Assembly: GCA_016748015.1 (NCBI GenBank)
Contig: JAAOMT010000479.1
Coordinates: 763,069-827,068 of the forward strand
Direction of reading: 5' to 3'
Source of the DNA: Geosiphon pyriformis uo1
Taxonomy: Eukaryota > Fungi > Glomeromycota
DNA length: 64,000 nt
Shown here: in pieces, positions 1 to 14,057 of the stretch
How positions within the stretch are numbered: the stretch's first letter is position 1
How the letters are laid out: every line of letters starts with the position of its first letter
The notes under the pieces: generated by a model
The model's database searches: none
What the model was told of the DNA's origin: nothing
Seen by the model: the letters and a program-made list of their open reading frames with translations, nothing else
Translations under genes and position numbers: made by a program

Positions 1-784
1 AATATTCCAATTTAGCTTGATTGTGGTCGATTTCGGATTGGATCTCGCCTTTTTGGTTTATAACAGCAGAGACGTTCCTTGGCTTTTTATACCTTGGTAC
101 GTAACAATTATGTTTAAGAAATTTATTAAAGGTTCTATTTATTGAATCATGGATTTTTGGACTGTCTAGTCTCGCCGTTTTCTCGGTTCCAATCTTATTG
201 AACTTGCTACAGGCCTTTTGGTTGTTGATAAATGAAATTACCAGAAACGAAGCATTCGCCAAATGGTTTCATCATCACACTAAATCGGCTTCAATTATCA
301 CATTGATAGCTGCAGCAGACGTAGAAATAGTTACCCTTCTTGGATCACGAATTGCTGGATTTGCTTTTTTTAGCGCCCCATTTTCTGTCAATGCCAATAA
401 TTGGATTTTTTGGAGTACCACTATAAACATGTTCATTGAGGATCTTCCTCAATTGGCTATTCAGGTAAAGAAATTATTTTACTCGAATATAATGAATTGG
501 CTTTGCGTTTTCAAACTCGTTCTTTTTTATAGATTCTGTATCGATTCAACACCGTATCTTATGAGATTATTCCATATCTCTCTCTCATTGTCAGCTCTCT
601 CATAATGGCAACTAATATCATTGGACGTGTCTATAATTGTGCTGAAAAGGCCCAAGATTCACACCAAATTAAATACCAGGAAGCAGGCGAAAAAGTTAAC
701 TTTCAACAAAGTCGTTTAAGCACAATAACCATTGAGAGAAAAGGGCCCTCCAATATTTCACATCATGAATATTCTTCGTCGTAG
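1..784 (+). CDS. 3' part of a multi-pass membrane protein (begins upstream of the window); exons <1-96, 170-464, 533-784
   Basis: GT-AG introns 97-169 and 465-532 join the frames: ...LFIPCLAVFSVPILLNLLQAF...AAADVEIVTLLGSRIAG...FWSTTINMFIEDLPQLAIQ|ILYRFNTVSYEIIPYLSLIVSSLIMATNIIGRVY...SS*. Several hydrophobic segments; TAG at 782-784. Confidence 0.8.
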
Positions 785-1379
785 CCTCCTTGAACTTCAC
801 AAAATATAGGAGCTATGATTGTCACATACATCAAATTTTATAGGATATATCTAGTCGATAAAAACTATTCATTCCAAAAACGTCTAAAAAATATTTAAAT
901 TCCAGTTAAATTGAAAAGCACACTAAAAATGCGCATGTTTTAGAAATTTAAATTTTACACGAAATTTTGTAAAAGTAAAATAACAAACATTGTCAAGATG
1001 TATTTTGCCATTGAACTCGGAAGTAAGAGCATGGTTCTTGTTACTTTCTGCTTGAAATAATAAAGTTTTGGTTTTTAAGATCAACATGTATAAGTCTAAA
1101 TACTTGGATACATTTAAAGGTAGGTATAAAGTCGCTCGGATGGCTTCAGTCGGGAATCATGTAGATTACTGTTCGACCTGTACTCTATAAGCCTCAGATG
1201 CCATTTTCGCCTCTATCTATACATCCACTACATTTAACCTTCTAAATTCAGACGTCATCATTTTCTTGGTCTTGTGATGTTATTGAAAGGAGCCAGAATG
1301 CTGTTTATCATGGTATCCATCAACAAAATCACAGATCTATTATGGTTGCCGAATTGTAGGTGAATGAATACTAAACTCT

Positions 1380-3130
1380 ATTTTGTTTTTACTTTCTTTT
1401 TAACATCAATTTAATATTAGCTTGAAGTTGTTTGTATTTCTAATGGAAAAATATATGTTTTAATTAATTTTACATTGAAAATATAAAATAGAATTTAAAT
1501 AACCACAGTAATTTTGTTATTAAATTGTTGTTACACATTTAATTCAATTAAGTTTATATTTCTCTCAATTTCCTTATATATTAACTTGTTATTTCAACTC
1601 ATAGCAATATATTGAAAAGTAATAATTAAAACAATATTGAGTTTTTAATAATTAATTCTAAGATTAATATAATTGTTAATATTGTGGTTAATATATTAAA
1701 TTAATATTGTTTTGTGAAAAATATTTATTTAATTTTTATCAAAATGTCTAAATATGTTGCATAATAACAAGTTTTAATTATAGAATAAAATAATTTGATT
1801 CTAGCTTTGATTTTAATTTTAATAATATAATAAAAATTTTCAGGTTTTTTTCAGGTTTTTTTTATTTTTTAGATGATTTTAATTAAAAGTTTGATTCTTT
1901 TAAAGTTATGTTGTTAATTGCCATTTTATAGAATTTAGCATTTTTTATTTTAAAAATATATTGATTTAAGATTGTACTTTGAAATAATAGTTAACAGGGC
2001 CAAATTAATTACAAATTTGAGTTTTTATTGATTCTGCTTTATTGATTTTATTCTTTAAGTGCTTAAAGAAAGCAAAATTTTCTTTAATATTTTGTATAGA
2101 ATTTTTAATTTTTTGAAATTTATTTAAAAATAATTCTTGAATTGAAAAAAGCAATTAATTTTTTTTAAATTTTCTGGGTTTTGGTGTATTATGCAATGTT
2201 GTTGTTAATCTTAATAAAACAAGTATTGATTGAATTGCTGAAAATTGAACATTATTTTTTCAATTTGGTAATAAATTTATGTAATTTTATTTTTTAGTCT
2301 GATAAATAACATTTTTCACAATATTTTCAATATTTTATTTAAGTGTTTTAAAATATTTATAAGATATTGGTTTATATATTTATTATTTTTAAATTCTTGT
2401 GCACAATGAAAATAAAATTGGATGTAGTATTTAAAAATTGTAAAAATTATTAGTTTTGTTTTTTTCGAATTTTACGTTCAAATTATTGTAGTCTCTTGAT
2501 AACTAATTTTAATGGTTACAATTATATAATATAAGTTTAAAAACATTTTGCAAGCTATTTCTAATATAGATTAATATCAAAAATTCTAAACACTTTTTTT
2601 TTAGTAATTTCTTCTTTAGATTCAATACCAAAATATTTATTTATTGAAAATAAACAATAGTAATTTAAAATTTAAATACTAAATTTTGTAATTTTAAATA
2701 AAATTTATTATGGTTATAAAATTTTTATATGTAGTATTAAGAAGTTTGTAGTTTTATTAATTTTGCTTTTAATTTGGTAGCAATTTTTATATATTTTTTT
2801 ATAATTTTTAAGACTTGTCAGATGGTAAAGGTTTTTTAATTTTGTATAGTCCAATATTTTTATTATTACAATACTTATAAAATCAAATCAGTATATCTTA
2901 TTAATATTAAGTTGTTAAGTTAAGATGTTTTTCTTCACAAATTTAGAGAAATAAATACATTTTTAAAGTAAGAAATATTGTTTATAGCTGATTAAAATAA
3001 ATTCGATTTTAAGTTATTTTTGGTTTTTGCTTAAAAAAAATATAAGTGTTAATTTTTTGACCATTAATTAAAATGAGTTTAATCAAATTTTATTTAGAAA
3101 CATGTTAAATTATTAAATTTTTGTTTTCAT
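1380..3130 (-). mobile_element. Heavily decayed AT-rich repeat block, probably an LTR-retrotransposon gag relic
   Basis: Abrupt switch to very low GC with almost no CpG and no ORFs. The minus strand near 1955-1995 reads NYYFKVQ(fs)LNQYI, which resembles the 'YYTxAQILNQFI' segment I recall from glomeromycete gag-like proteins. Confidence 0.4.
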
Positions 3131-4383
3131 GAATATTTTGTGTTTTGGAATTTTTGATTAAGAATATTTTGACAAACCATGAAAAAAATTGATTTAAATC
3201 TGAGAAAGGAATACATGATCACACGATATACCAAACTTATTTTTTGAAAAATCAATTGTGTCTTTAGGGTATAATTCAAATCATATTAACTGCAATATTA
3301 CACTTTAGAAAATTCAGAAATTTTGAATTAAACTTGCTGGGTATCATTGAAAAAAATCCCAGCTTTAAACATTTGGTTATCATTTAGTATACAAGTTTCC
3401 CAACATTTAATAGCAAAATTCTGGTGAAACTTGAATTAAATCCTCAAATTTAAACATAATAGCCATTATACCAAATTTTTTCAATTTATAGCAAAAGAGT
3501 TGAACAACTTTCAGCTTTAGTGTTTAAAACTTTACTTGAAATTTCAAACATATTTTTTTTATCAGAAATTGCATAATTTCGCCCCTTTGGGAAAAATGTC
3601 TAAATTGGTTGATCCAATTATCGTTACTCCAAATAATTTAGTTGCAACCAAATCTGATGCTTATTTTATCTTGACTGTTATAATTTTGCGATGCATGTTG
3701 CAGCCATTATATGAATTTCAACATTTAGCTTATGTCGAAGAATGTTTTGTGCAGCGACATGTGATCAGTTTCAGATGGGAACATTTATTTTCACACTTAC
3801 TATCTTTATCATCACCCAAATAATATATAATGAAAACTTGGGCTGGCAACGGACTCTCAATTCCGGTCGATATCTCTATTAGAGGTTAGCTGATTCCAAA
3901 TAATACATTCCCAGCGTCATTGTTGTACTTCCTAATGGAAGCTAATCAATCATGATATTCACATATATAAAAATAATTGTGTTGCAGAATTCTGCTACAC
4001 TGTGAAAAAGATTGTCCGTTTTTGTTGTTATGTCACTAATTAATAGCTGCTGATAAATTGTTTTGATTTGTCGCTCTCTTCTTCCTCTTCTTTTGGTTCA
4101 TATTTTTGCCGTCGTCGTCGTCGTTTCGAAAAGCAGCAATCCTAAAAGATACCCTGTTTTTTTTTTTTAATAATATTCTATTTTTACGAAAGAAATTACT
4201 GGTATATAATTGTCAAAAGACTTTTTTAAAGGCAAAAGCATTGTAAACGGTTTTTATCAATTTTTACTTTGATTATTGGATTGTGTCCTTTTTGATTTTT
4301 AATACATGTTTTGAAGTATAATGATTTAAAAATTAATTGTTTTAAATTTTATGAAAATTTACAAGATATTGAATACGTAAAAA

Positions 4384-4945
4384 ATGGGAATTACATCATC
4401 TCGAAAGAATGTTCCCTTAGACACCCAAAATAGTGCACTTAATACAACCAACAATTCGAAAATTATTTATGAAGAATCGAAAGTTGATGTCCAAGAAATT
4501 TACCATGAACAAACAAAGTCATTGCATAAAGGAGAAGTGTATGGTGTTGAGGAGGTATAGGATTGTTTTTTTTTTTGAAAATTATATTTTTTCATTTCGC
4601 ATTTAATAATTTGATCTAATTAAGATGATTGGAAATCCACAAAGATTAAGTTAAATTTTCTTTTATTAAGTCCCCTCATGAAACAATTCATGATGAATTG
4701 AATAGAAACCGGTTAAGTAGACAAAGTTCTGTGATTGATTATCATGATACGCCCAATGAAAATCTACCTCCATTTCAACTAGAGTATCAATATCACACTC
4801 GAACACAAAGCAACCTTTACTTGATATCACTTGATAATTATCCCGGATGTAATGGGTCTTATAAAACATCAAGTTGCGCTAATCGAATATTTGATGAAGA
4901 TATCGAAAACTTCACACCACCATCAATCAATTCTATAAATACTAT

Positions 4946-5000
<55 letters not shown>

Positions 5001-5399
5001 TCAACATCTTTGAATTATTCCCAATCATCCTCCGAAAAAAATCCATCTTTAAATACTTGGGGACATCCATTAATAATTTCCGATTATACTACCTATCGAT
5101 GGACTAACACGGATCGATGTGCCGTAACACAACAATTTGTAGATTTAGTGGAGGAACGCGAAGAAAGTGGGGAAGAAATTACCTATAAAATAATCGCAAA
5201 AGAGTTGGCAGCTTTATGTGATCAACGTGTATCGGTACGAGATTTGAAACGGCAAGTGAAACGATATTTAACTGCAAATTTTATACCGACTGATATCGTG
5301 ATATTGGAAGCGATGCAACGTTGGGTTGATTTTGAAGAGATGAAACGAGGAGTAGAGAGCGGCTCCGCTTCGGACCATATGGATACTGATGAAGGTTAA
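4384..5399 (+). CDS. Hypothetical protein with N-terminal MGITSSRK (N-myristoylation-type motif) and a poly-Thr tract; exons 4384-4554, 4671-5399
   Basis: ATG at 4384 and a 57-codon first exon. The phase-0 intron 4555-4670 (GTATAG...TAAG) joins in frame to ORF 4698..5399. The C-terminal region (RWTNTDRC...YKIIAKEL...LKRQVKRYL) looks helical. Confidence 0.75.
4947..4994 (+). repeat. (ACT)n microsatellite encoding poly-Thr
   Basis: About 16 perfect ACT units inside the coding exon. Confidence 0.95.
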
Positions 5400-6109
5400 A
5401 ATAAATAAAATAATTCAAAAAGTCACATAATTTAAAAATTTGAAAACTATAATTTAAAAAATAAGATTTCAAAGGCTGATATCGATTAGAGAATCATTTA
5501 ATATATATTAAAAGAAAAATTATTATTCATCATATTTAAAATGATTTTTTAATTTTTAAAAATTAAATAAATTCAAAAACAACAAAACTAAATTTTATGA
5601 GATGCTATCAAGTTTTTAACTAACTAATCAAAGACTAGCAATTGAAGAAGTACATGCATTTTAAAAACTCAAATACAAAACGTTCTTTCTTACCATTCCC
5701 GTACCAACAAGAACGTTGATCAATTTTACCATTACCAGGGATTTAAAATGTCAGGAAAAACCTGCACGTCAAAAAGTGATCATCATTGAATTAAATGTGG
5801 TTAGATTGGAAAATTGTACATTGATTATTATTATTATTTTTTTTTCAAACAAATTTGAAAATTCTTTATATTTTTATTACGCTATCAACTAACATAAAAA
5901 TTTTCTTATTAATATTTATTTTTTAATCTGGTTATCTAATCCTCAAACATTTCGATTTGATGCTGATTCTAGTCAACTATCAAAAATATTATATCAATAT
6001 TGGATATTTTGTTTGAATTTTAAATGAGCTGAATCGTAAGGTTTAAATCGTGGATAACATCCAATGGAAGTTCCAAAAAATTTAGATATCTCTTACACCA
6101 TTCAAAATT

Positions 6110-9100
6110 ATGTATCCTCCTTTGAAATTTTTTAAAAAAATTTTCAAATTCCGAGAAAACAAACTCAAAAATCCAGCTAATCAACCACAGAATGATTTTG
6201 CCGTTGATAAAAACTCAACTTTATTTAAAGACAAACAAATTGAATCTTCAAAAGAAATGGACGAGAAAGCTGAATTTGAATTAGATGACCTAGAAAAAGA
6301 AGAAAATTCTCCGATTCCTGCTGTTGCCGCTGTAAATATTTAAATGATTGTCAAACTTATAGTTTTTAGCTCACTCTCGAACCCTAACAAAATTAAATTA
6401 GACATTTTTCGATAAACTACAAGGCAGTGAGTCCGAAAGATGACTCAACGTTACAATCGATCACTTTCCGATTTTGGGTGTTGAGCACAGTACGTTACTA
6501 ATGCTCAAGTCAACTTAATAAAATATTTTAATCCTATCAAATAAAATTGGTCTATTAATTAATTTTTGCGTTAAAATAATTCTTAATTTTCCAGTTTTTT
6601 TCAATTTTATCAGCGTTTCTCTCGCAGATATATGCATTTCGACCAAATCGGACGGTTTATTCACCTTTTTTTGTTTTACTTGGGTCCTATGTTATTGGTA
6701 AATGGATGGCAGCTGTTTTACCAACACATCAATATCAGATTGGCAAATGGAAATTTAGTTTAAACCCAGGTAGTTTGATGGTTTATTGATAGATCTGATT
6801 TTTTTAAAAAAATCTTTTTTTTTTTAATTGAGAAAAATTTTATCAGGTCCTTTTAACATCAAAGAAAATGTTTGCATAGTTATTTCAGCTAATGCTTCTG
6901 GTAGTGCATCTGGATGGGCTTCGGTATAATAAAATTCTTTTTATAATGATTATGAAGACTTTAAAAAATTTATAGTTTAAATGCCTAATTTTCAAAAATT
7001 TAGGAAGTAATAGCAATCCAGAAGCTTTTTTTTAAAAAAGATGTTGGATGGGGCATAGGAATATTGTTTATAATGAGCACATTAATGATTGGTTATGGAA
7101 TTGCTGGCTTTCTTAGAAAATGTGAGTACCAACTTTCATAATTTACAATTATAATTGATTTGTATCTCTTTCTAATTTTATCTTCCATTAATCTATTTTC
7201 ATACGGTCAATCAATCGTTCAATAATAATAGATCTCATCTACCCAGCAAATATGATCTGGCCTGAAGTCTTTCCTTTCACCTCCCTTTTCAGTTTATTAC
7301 ACAGTCGAACCGAAAAAGAAGCCAACAAGAGAGCACAATTCTTTTTCATCACATTTTCCGTGATTCTTGTATGGCAATTTGTTCCGCAGTATATTTTTCC
7401 TTGGTTGACAAGCATGGCGTTGCTCTGTTTCGCTGGAAAATCAAAGACCATTAATATTCTTGGAAGTTCATATAGAGGAGCTGGTATTTTATCTTTCTCT
7501 TTAGATTGGAACGCTATTTCAACTTTAAGTCCGTTGATTACTCCTTGGTAAGACTATCAGTAAAAAATTACTTGAATCGATTTGTAATTTGTTTCTTACT
7601 TTTATGATATCGCTTGTTTAAAACGAGCAATTAGGTGGGCTACTGTGATTGTTATTTTATCAGGAATAACAGCAGCTTGGATTATTGCACCAATTTCTTA
7701 TCATTATAATGTTTTGTGAGTTTCTTTAATTTTTTTGGCTTCTTTCAATAAATTAATAAATAAATTTTTTGTTAACTTAATTTTTGAATATTGGGTAAAA
7801 AAGTGAAGCAAAGAGATTACCTTTCCGTTCACCAAATATATTGGATAAAACTGGTGCCATGTAAGACTCAAAGATTCTTTTTTCTTAAATTGAACAACAT
7901 TATGAATATTAATCTTTATTGTCTTGTACACTTTGAAGATACAACCAAACATATATCATTGATCAGAATAATGGCAGTCTGAATTCAACTGCTTATGAAG
8001 AAGCTGGACCTGTTTATATATCCGTTACATTTGCTCTACTTTATTTCTATAGATTTGCTTCTTTACCAGCCGCCATTACTCATGTTGCTTTATTCTATGG
8101 AGAAGAAATTTATCAAAGATTTCATGATAAAACCTGTAGTAAAACCGAAGATATCCATTATAAAAAGATGAAAAATTATGAAGGTGAATGAATTTTTTAG
8201 CTAAAATAATCAAAAATCACCAAATTTAATGAATTGCCATTTTCTTGATTGTCAGAGGTCCCAAATTGGTGGTATTCTTTGTTATTTTTCAGTATGTTGG
8301 CTGTTACAGTAATTTTGGGATACATGAATGATGTGAATCTGCCATGGTGGGGTACTTTTTTATCTATAAGCCTTTCTGTTATTACAGCTTTACCTGTCGG
8401 TAAGTTGTTAATCTTTTGGTGTATCTTTTTTCTTTTCATCCTTGTTTGAACTTGAAACTTTTTCCTAGGTATCATTACTGCAGTCTCTGGAATAAAGATT
8501 GGAATTCATATTGTTTCTCAATTGATTTGTGGGTGAGTCTCATCCCTACTAATAGTTTTTGAAAATAGGAAAACTCATTTTATGTTGTAATTAAATTTCA
8601 AAGCCAAAATTTTTTTTAAAGAAGCTTGAATATTTTACAAATTTAGATACATTTTACCAGGTCGACCAATAGCTAATGCTTTTTTCAAGGCTTACTCATT
8701 TTTGGCAAGTTATCAATGTTTTTGCTTTTTGAAACAACTTAAATTAGGTAAGCTTTTTTTTTTTTTTTTTTTTTTTTTTTGAAATATGGCTTCTGAGCCG
8801 ATTGTATTGTTGACTCGAAATTTCCTTTTTTTCATAAAACTAAAAAATATTCCAAAGGACACTACATGAAAATTCCACCAAGAGTTTTATTCCTTAGCCA
8901 AATATGGGGAACTGTTTTATCAGGATTTACTCGTTTTGCAACATTGCAATTAATTTTTAAAACAAAAAGGAGGATATTGGATGGATCTGAATCTGATCCT
9001 ACCGGACAGGCATGGAAAATAATATTTATTTATCGCTCTATATTTTCCAGATATAAGGGAATTTAATACTGAATTATAATTTTTTTTCAAACTTAACAGT

Positions 9101-9856
9101 GGTCAGGAAATGTTATCCAAATTGGTAATGCTGTCACAATAATTTGGGGGCTTATTGGACCTGCCCGAGTTTTTGGTATGGGTTAAAAAATCTTTTCCCA
9201 ACTTGTTTGCTATTCTCATTTTCGCGACTAAATAAGATAATTTTACCAAATTATTCTCCTCATAATTTCTTTTCCAAAACGCAGGACCATCATCAATCTA
9301 CCATCCGCTATTATACGGTTTTATCTTCGGAGCAATTATCCCAATCCCAATATATCTTCTTCATCGCCGATTTCCAAAAGCAAATTTTAAATTATTTAAC
9401 ACTCCGTTGATGCTTAATGCTCTTTGTATCTTGCCCACTGAGTACACCAATTCTTTAGTCATGGGATTAATTGCTGGTGGTTTGAGTCAGTTTTGGGCTG
9501 CACGGTACAAAAAGAATTGGTTCAAGCAGTAAGTTTAATGAATTTTGGTGATCACATAAAGCGGGTGATAGGAAGTATTATTGACTAATTTTTACGATCA
9601 ATCAGATACAATTATATTTTATCAGCGGCATTAGATAGCGGGACTCAAATTATGACGTTATTAATTTTTTTCTGCTTTTCTGGATTAGTAAAGGTATTTA
9701 TATACGTCTAACATTTCCTTTCAAATTTATGGGAGGTTTCTTTTTGATTCTCTAAATTAAAAAATCTTCATAATATGTCACATGTAGGTCGATTTCCCAG
9801 AGTGGTGGGGAAACAATCATCAAACGCAAGGCGAGCGATGTTTTGATGATAAATAG
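6110..9856 (+). CDS. OPT-family oligopeptide transporter (isp4/OPT1-like), copy A, about 17 exons
   Basis: Spliced motifs: ENSPIPAVAAAVSPKDDS, TFRFW, NPGPFNIKEN, YPANMIWP, GILSFSLDWN, EVPNWWY, LPGRPIAN, LKLGHYMKIPPR, YNYILSAALDSG, FPEWWGN. Stop TAG at 9854-9856. The start codon is uncertain. Confidence 0.93.
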
Positions 9857-10466
9857 AATTCTATTGGGTCAAGTTTTCCGCCCAATTTAGTTTTTGAAAC
9901 AAGTTTTAATACCAATAGCATTTAATTTTCAAATTTTTTTTTTTTTTGAATCCTATTTTTTTATTTAAATTATGAAAACTAATATTTTATTAAAGTCGTA
10001 AAAATATAGGTTTGATAAATTGATTTCGTACAGTCTTACGTTTGCAATTCGATAGTTTATTGCAATGACGGCTGTCATAGAAATTTGCAAGAGACTATAC
10101 TCAATACCAATTGAAAATTCATATGGGCTAACTTTAATTTTATTTAAAAGAACAGCCACTAATTTATATGTTACATGGAAACGCCCCTATATCTAATATC
10201 TGTTTCTTATATATCAAAGTAAATTTACAGAAAATATGACTTTGTGACTTTATCCGTGATTTACACTTTCAGATAATGACTTGTTTGTTAAAAAGTTAGG
10301 GAAGAAAGTATTTATATATTCTGAGTAGAGTGAGGATAAAGATTAATAATAATAATCTTAAATTTTTTGCAGAAATGTAAAATTCTCAAAATTCACTATT
10401 CTTTTCTAATAAAAAATTTTTGTGGAATAATAACAAGAGTAAAATAATAAACAGCTCTTCAAAAGT

Positions 10467-13400
10467 TTAATCAAAACAATTTTCTCCTTGAGTTTCATGG
10501 TTGTTGCCCCACCATTCCGGGAAATTTAACTGTATTTTTTCAGAAAGTATTAAATAAAAAAAAATAAATTATATTATTTTTTTTTGATTTAATGAATCGT
10601 GCAAAGAAAAGAAAAAAAGTTATTCGTACCATTTCAAGTCCGGAAAAACATAAAAATATTACAATCATTGTTATCTGCGTACCACTATCCAAAGCAGCTG
10701 ATAATAAATAATTATATCTGCAAAAAAAAAAAAAATTCAGAATATTTATCACAAGGTTCCGATCTTTAAAAGATATTCATGTTTTACACTCACCTATTAA
10801 ACCATGCTTTTCTATATCGTAAAATCCAAAACTGGCTCAAAAAGCTTGCAATAAATCCCACTGCAATGAAATTTGTAGAATACTCTGGTAGCACTTGAAG
10901 ACCAGCAAAAATTATTGGTGCATTAATGTAATTAAATTTTCGAGTTGGAAATTTTCGATGTAGAAAGTAAAAAGGGAATGGAGCCAAGAAACCGAACAAA
11001 AAGCCCCAAAGAAGTGGATGGTATGGTGAAAATTTCCCTGAATTTAGTTTTAGCAATCATAAAATTTTGGGGTTTAGATTGAAGTAAAAGAATAAAAATA
11101 AATTTGGAGCTTAAAAGTAAATTAAAATACCAAAAATTCTTGCTGGACCGACCAATCCGTATAATATTGTCGCGCTATTGAAAACTTGTGAATTTGTCCC
11201 CGACCACTTGGATAAGCAAATTAATTCTAAATGAGCTAATGATTCAAATTTCAAATTCTTTATTGAAAAATACGTACTTGACCAGTTGGATCAAGTTTTG
11301 TACCATCCAAATATTGTCTTTTGTTTCCAATTATGATTTTCATTGTCCCAAAATTAATGAACATGGCAACAAATGTTCCCCACATTTGAGACAAGAACAT
11401 GGCTTTTGGGGGAATCTTCATGTAATGACCTGTAGTAAAAAGTAAAACCATTGAATATTTTTTACTTTGATATGAAAAAATTAAAATAATTAGAAATATA
11501 TGATTTTACCAAGTTTCAAATCTGACAATAAATCAAGACATTGGTGCAGGGAACAAGTACCATAGGCTTTAAAATAAGCATTGGCAAGCGGGCGTCCAGG
11601 TAAGATATATCTTGAAATAAAAAACATAAATCTTAGGCCAGATTTATCTTTATAATAAGTAGGATTTATTTATTTTTAGAATACCCGCAAAGAATTTCGG
11701 CAATGACATTACTTCCAATCGAAGCATTTCCTATAGCTCTTAAGATGGCTTTTTATATTTTAAAGAAAAAGATATCAAAAATTAAAAAATCTAAAAGATG
11801 AGATAAAACTTTAATGTTGACTTAATTTACCAAGAGGCAAAGCCATAGTTGCAGCCAAACCAATGGCTATAAAGATGGACCACCATGGGAGATAATCTGC
11901 CCCGTCAATAGGCCCCATCAACAAGATGATAGCTAGGGTTACCGTAAACAAAATCCCGTACCACCAGTCCGGAACATCTTTTATTTGTAATTAAAATGAT
12001 ATTTAAAAATTTGTGAAACGCCCTTTAAAAATATTTTTCAAAAAAATAACAACAACCCCAAAATACCTTCATAAATTCTCATCTTTCTTGCATGAATATC
12101 ATCATCCTTGCTTTCCGTCGTTACTTTAAGTTGCCAAATCTCTTTGCCATGAAATAGGATCATATGGCTTATTACACTTGAAAATGCAGCGAACGCATAA
12201 AAGTAAAATGAAGCAAATGTGATAGATATATGTATTGGTCCAGCTTCTTCATAGGCGGTTGCATTGAGAGCATTAGTATTTGGATCTATTATGGCTGTTT
12301 GATCGTATCTTATGTTTATAAACGGAATGATTATTTTATAAATCTTTAAAACACTATTTCAAAGATTGGGTCATCCAGAAAACAAACCTCTGTCCATTTT
12401 TGTTCAAAATATAAGTTGAACGGAAAGGAAACTTTTGGGCATCTCTATTTCAAGAAAATTGAGTGAAATTTCAACATCTCAAGGAAAAAAAGCATAGAAA
12501 TTTCTAAAAAAAACTTACAAAAAGTTCAATTGATATAATATCGGGCTAATAATCCAAGCACTCAAAGCTGCTCCACATAAGTAGTTCATGTTTGCCCACC
12601 TAGATATAATTTTTATTAGGTCTGCCTTGTTGGAATTCATTATAAATTTTTTATTATTGACAAATTAAAATACCACGGAGTAACCATTGGGCCAGAGAAA
12701 GAGATAAAATTCCAATCTAAAGAGAAATTTAAAATGCCAGCTCCTTGATAACCACTCCCAAGTCTCTTTATGGTTGAACCTCGTCCTGCTAAACAAAGAA
12801 ATGCCATGCTGGAAAGCCAAGGAAAGAAGTATTGCGGAAGAAATTGCCAACAAAATATTAGAAAAAATCCAATCAAAAAGAATTTGTTATTTTGACGTGA
12901 TACTTTTTCATTGGTATGGAGTGTTACAAATAATGTGGTGAATGAAAGTACACGTGGCCAAATCATGTTCCTGGGTTGAACAAGATCTAAAGAGAATAAA
13001 AACTTTTTTGAATTGATAAATGAAATTATAATCGTGTGAAGCATATAATGAATAAATAATAAATAAATTTTCTTTTGATTGATCACTTGCATTTCCTAAG
13101 AAATCCTGCCAATCCATATGCCAACATTTGGGTAGTTAAAAGCAACAAAATACCACTTAACCATTCAGCTTGAATTTTATAAAAAAGTTCTTGTATAGCA
13201 AAAACTTTCTTTTATAAAAAAAAAAAAAGATGCATCAAAGAAACTTATTAGGTATGAGAGACATTATATTCCAAAGTTTTACCGTAGTGTTTGCTATAGT
13301 AGCCCCCGAGCTTACAGCAACTACTATACAAACATGCTCTTTTATGTTGAAAGGACCTGAAAAAATTTAGTTTCAGTATTTTAAAGATTACAAAAAAGTA

Positions 13401-14057
13401 GTAGAAAAAACAGATTCAATTAAGTTTTTGAAATTTTTGTGTTTACCAGGATTTAAACTGAAATACCCTCTCCAAACTTGAAATTTTCTTTTTGGTAAAA
13501 CTTTAGCAAGCCATCTTCCAATTAAATTGGTTATTAATAGGGTAAAAAAAGTGGAGAAAACTGGACTTGCTGACCGAAAATTATCCATCTCGCAAATAAC
13601 AGCGGCTAAAATAGCAAACAACTACAAAAAATAAAGATGTTAGGATTTAAAGAAAAATTTTATTTCAAAAGTTAGTAACTAACAATGAAATAACTTACTG
13701 CGCTCAGAATCCAAAATCTAAATGTTATACATTGTAAAGAGGTATCATCTTCTATGCTGACTGCCTGATAATTTGCTCAATTGAAATTTTGATATTTTTA
13801 CAAAAATAATTTAAAATTCAATGAGTATTTCCCTTAAAACTTACGGCAGCAATTATAGGAATTGAGAAGTTTTCATCTTTTTTATCATCAAAATTTGAAA
13901 GTTGCTCTTCTTTCTTAACTTTCTGGTCGTATTCTAAAAACTCTTGGGTAATCACACTTTTTTGAGAAAAATCTAATTTATGTTTCCTTGAATTTTTATT
14001 AAAGATTGCAAAAGATATAGGGACGAGAATATTCTGAAAGTTCGATTTCTTTTCCAT
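10467..14057 (-). CDS. OPT-family oligopeptide transporter, copy B, about 17 exons
   Basis: Motifs: ENFSIPIIAAAVSIEDDT, NPGPFNIKEH, MIWP, GILNFSLDWN, DVPDWWY, SDLKLGHYMKIPPK, YNYLLSAALDSG, FPEWWGN. Intron positions checked match copy A. Convergent with copy A. Confidence 0.93.

Noticed and set aside
3536-3823. 95-aa ORF upstream of the myristoylation-motif gene
   Set aside because: TTG start, no domain-like features; probably promoter or intergenic DNA.
6064-6135. ATG at 6064 as the start of OPT copy A
   Set aside because: That frame stops after about 23 codons. It could be a uORF or indicate a nearby indel, but this cannot be resolved here.
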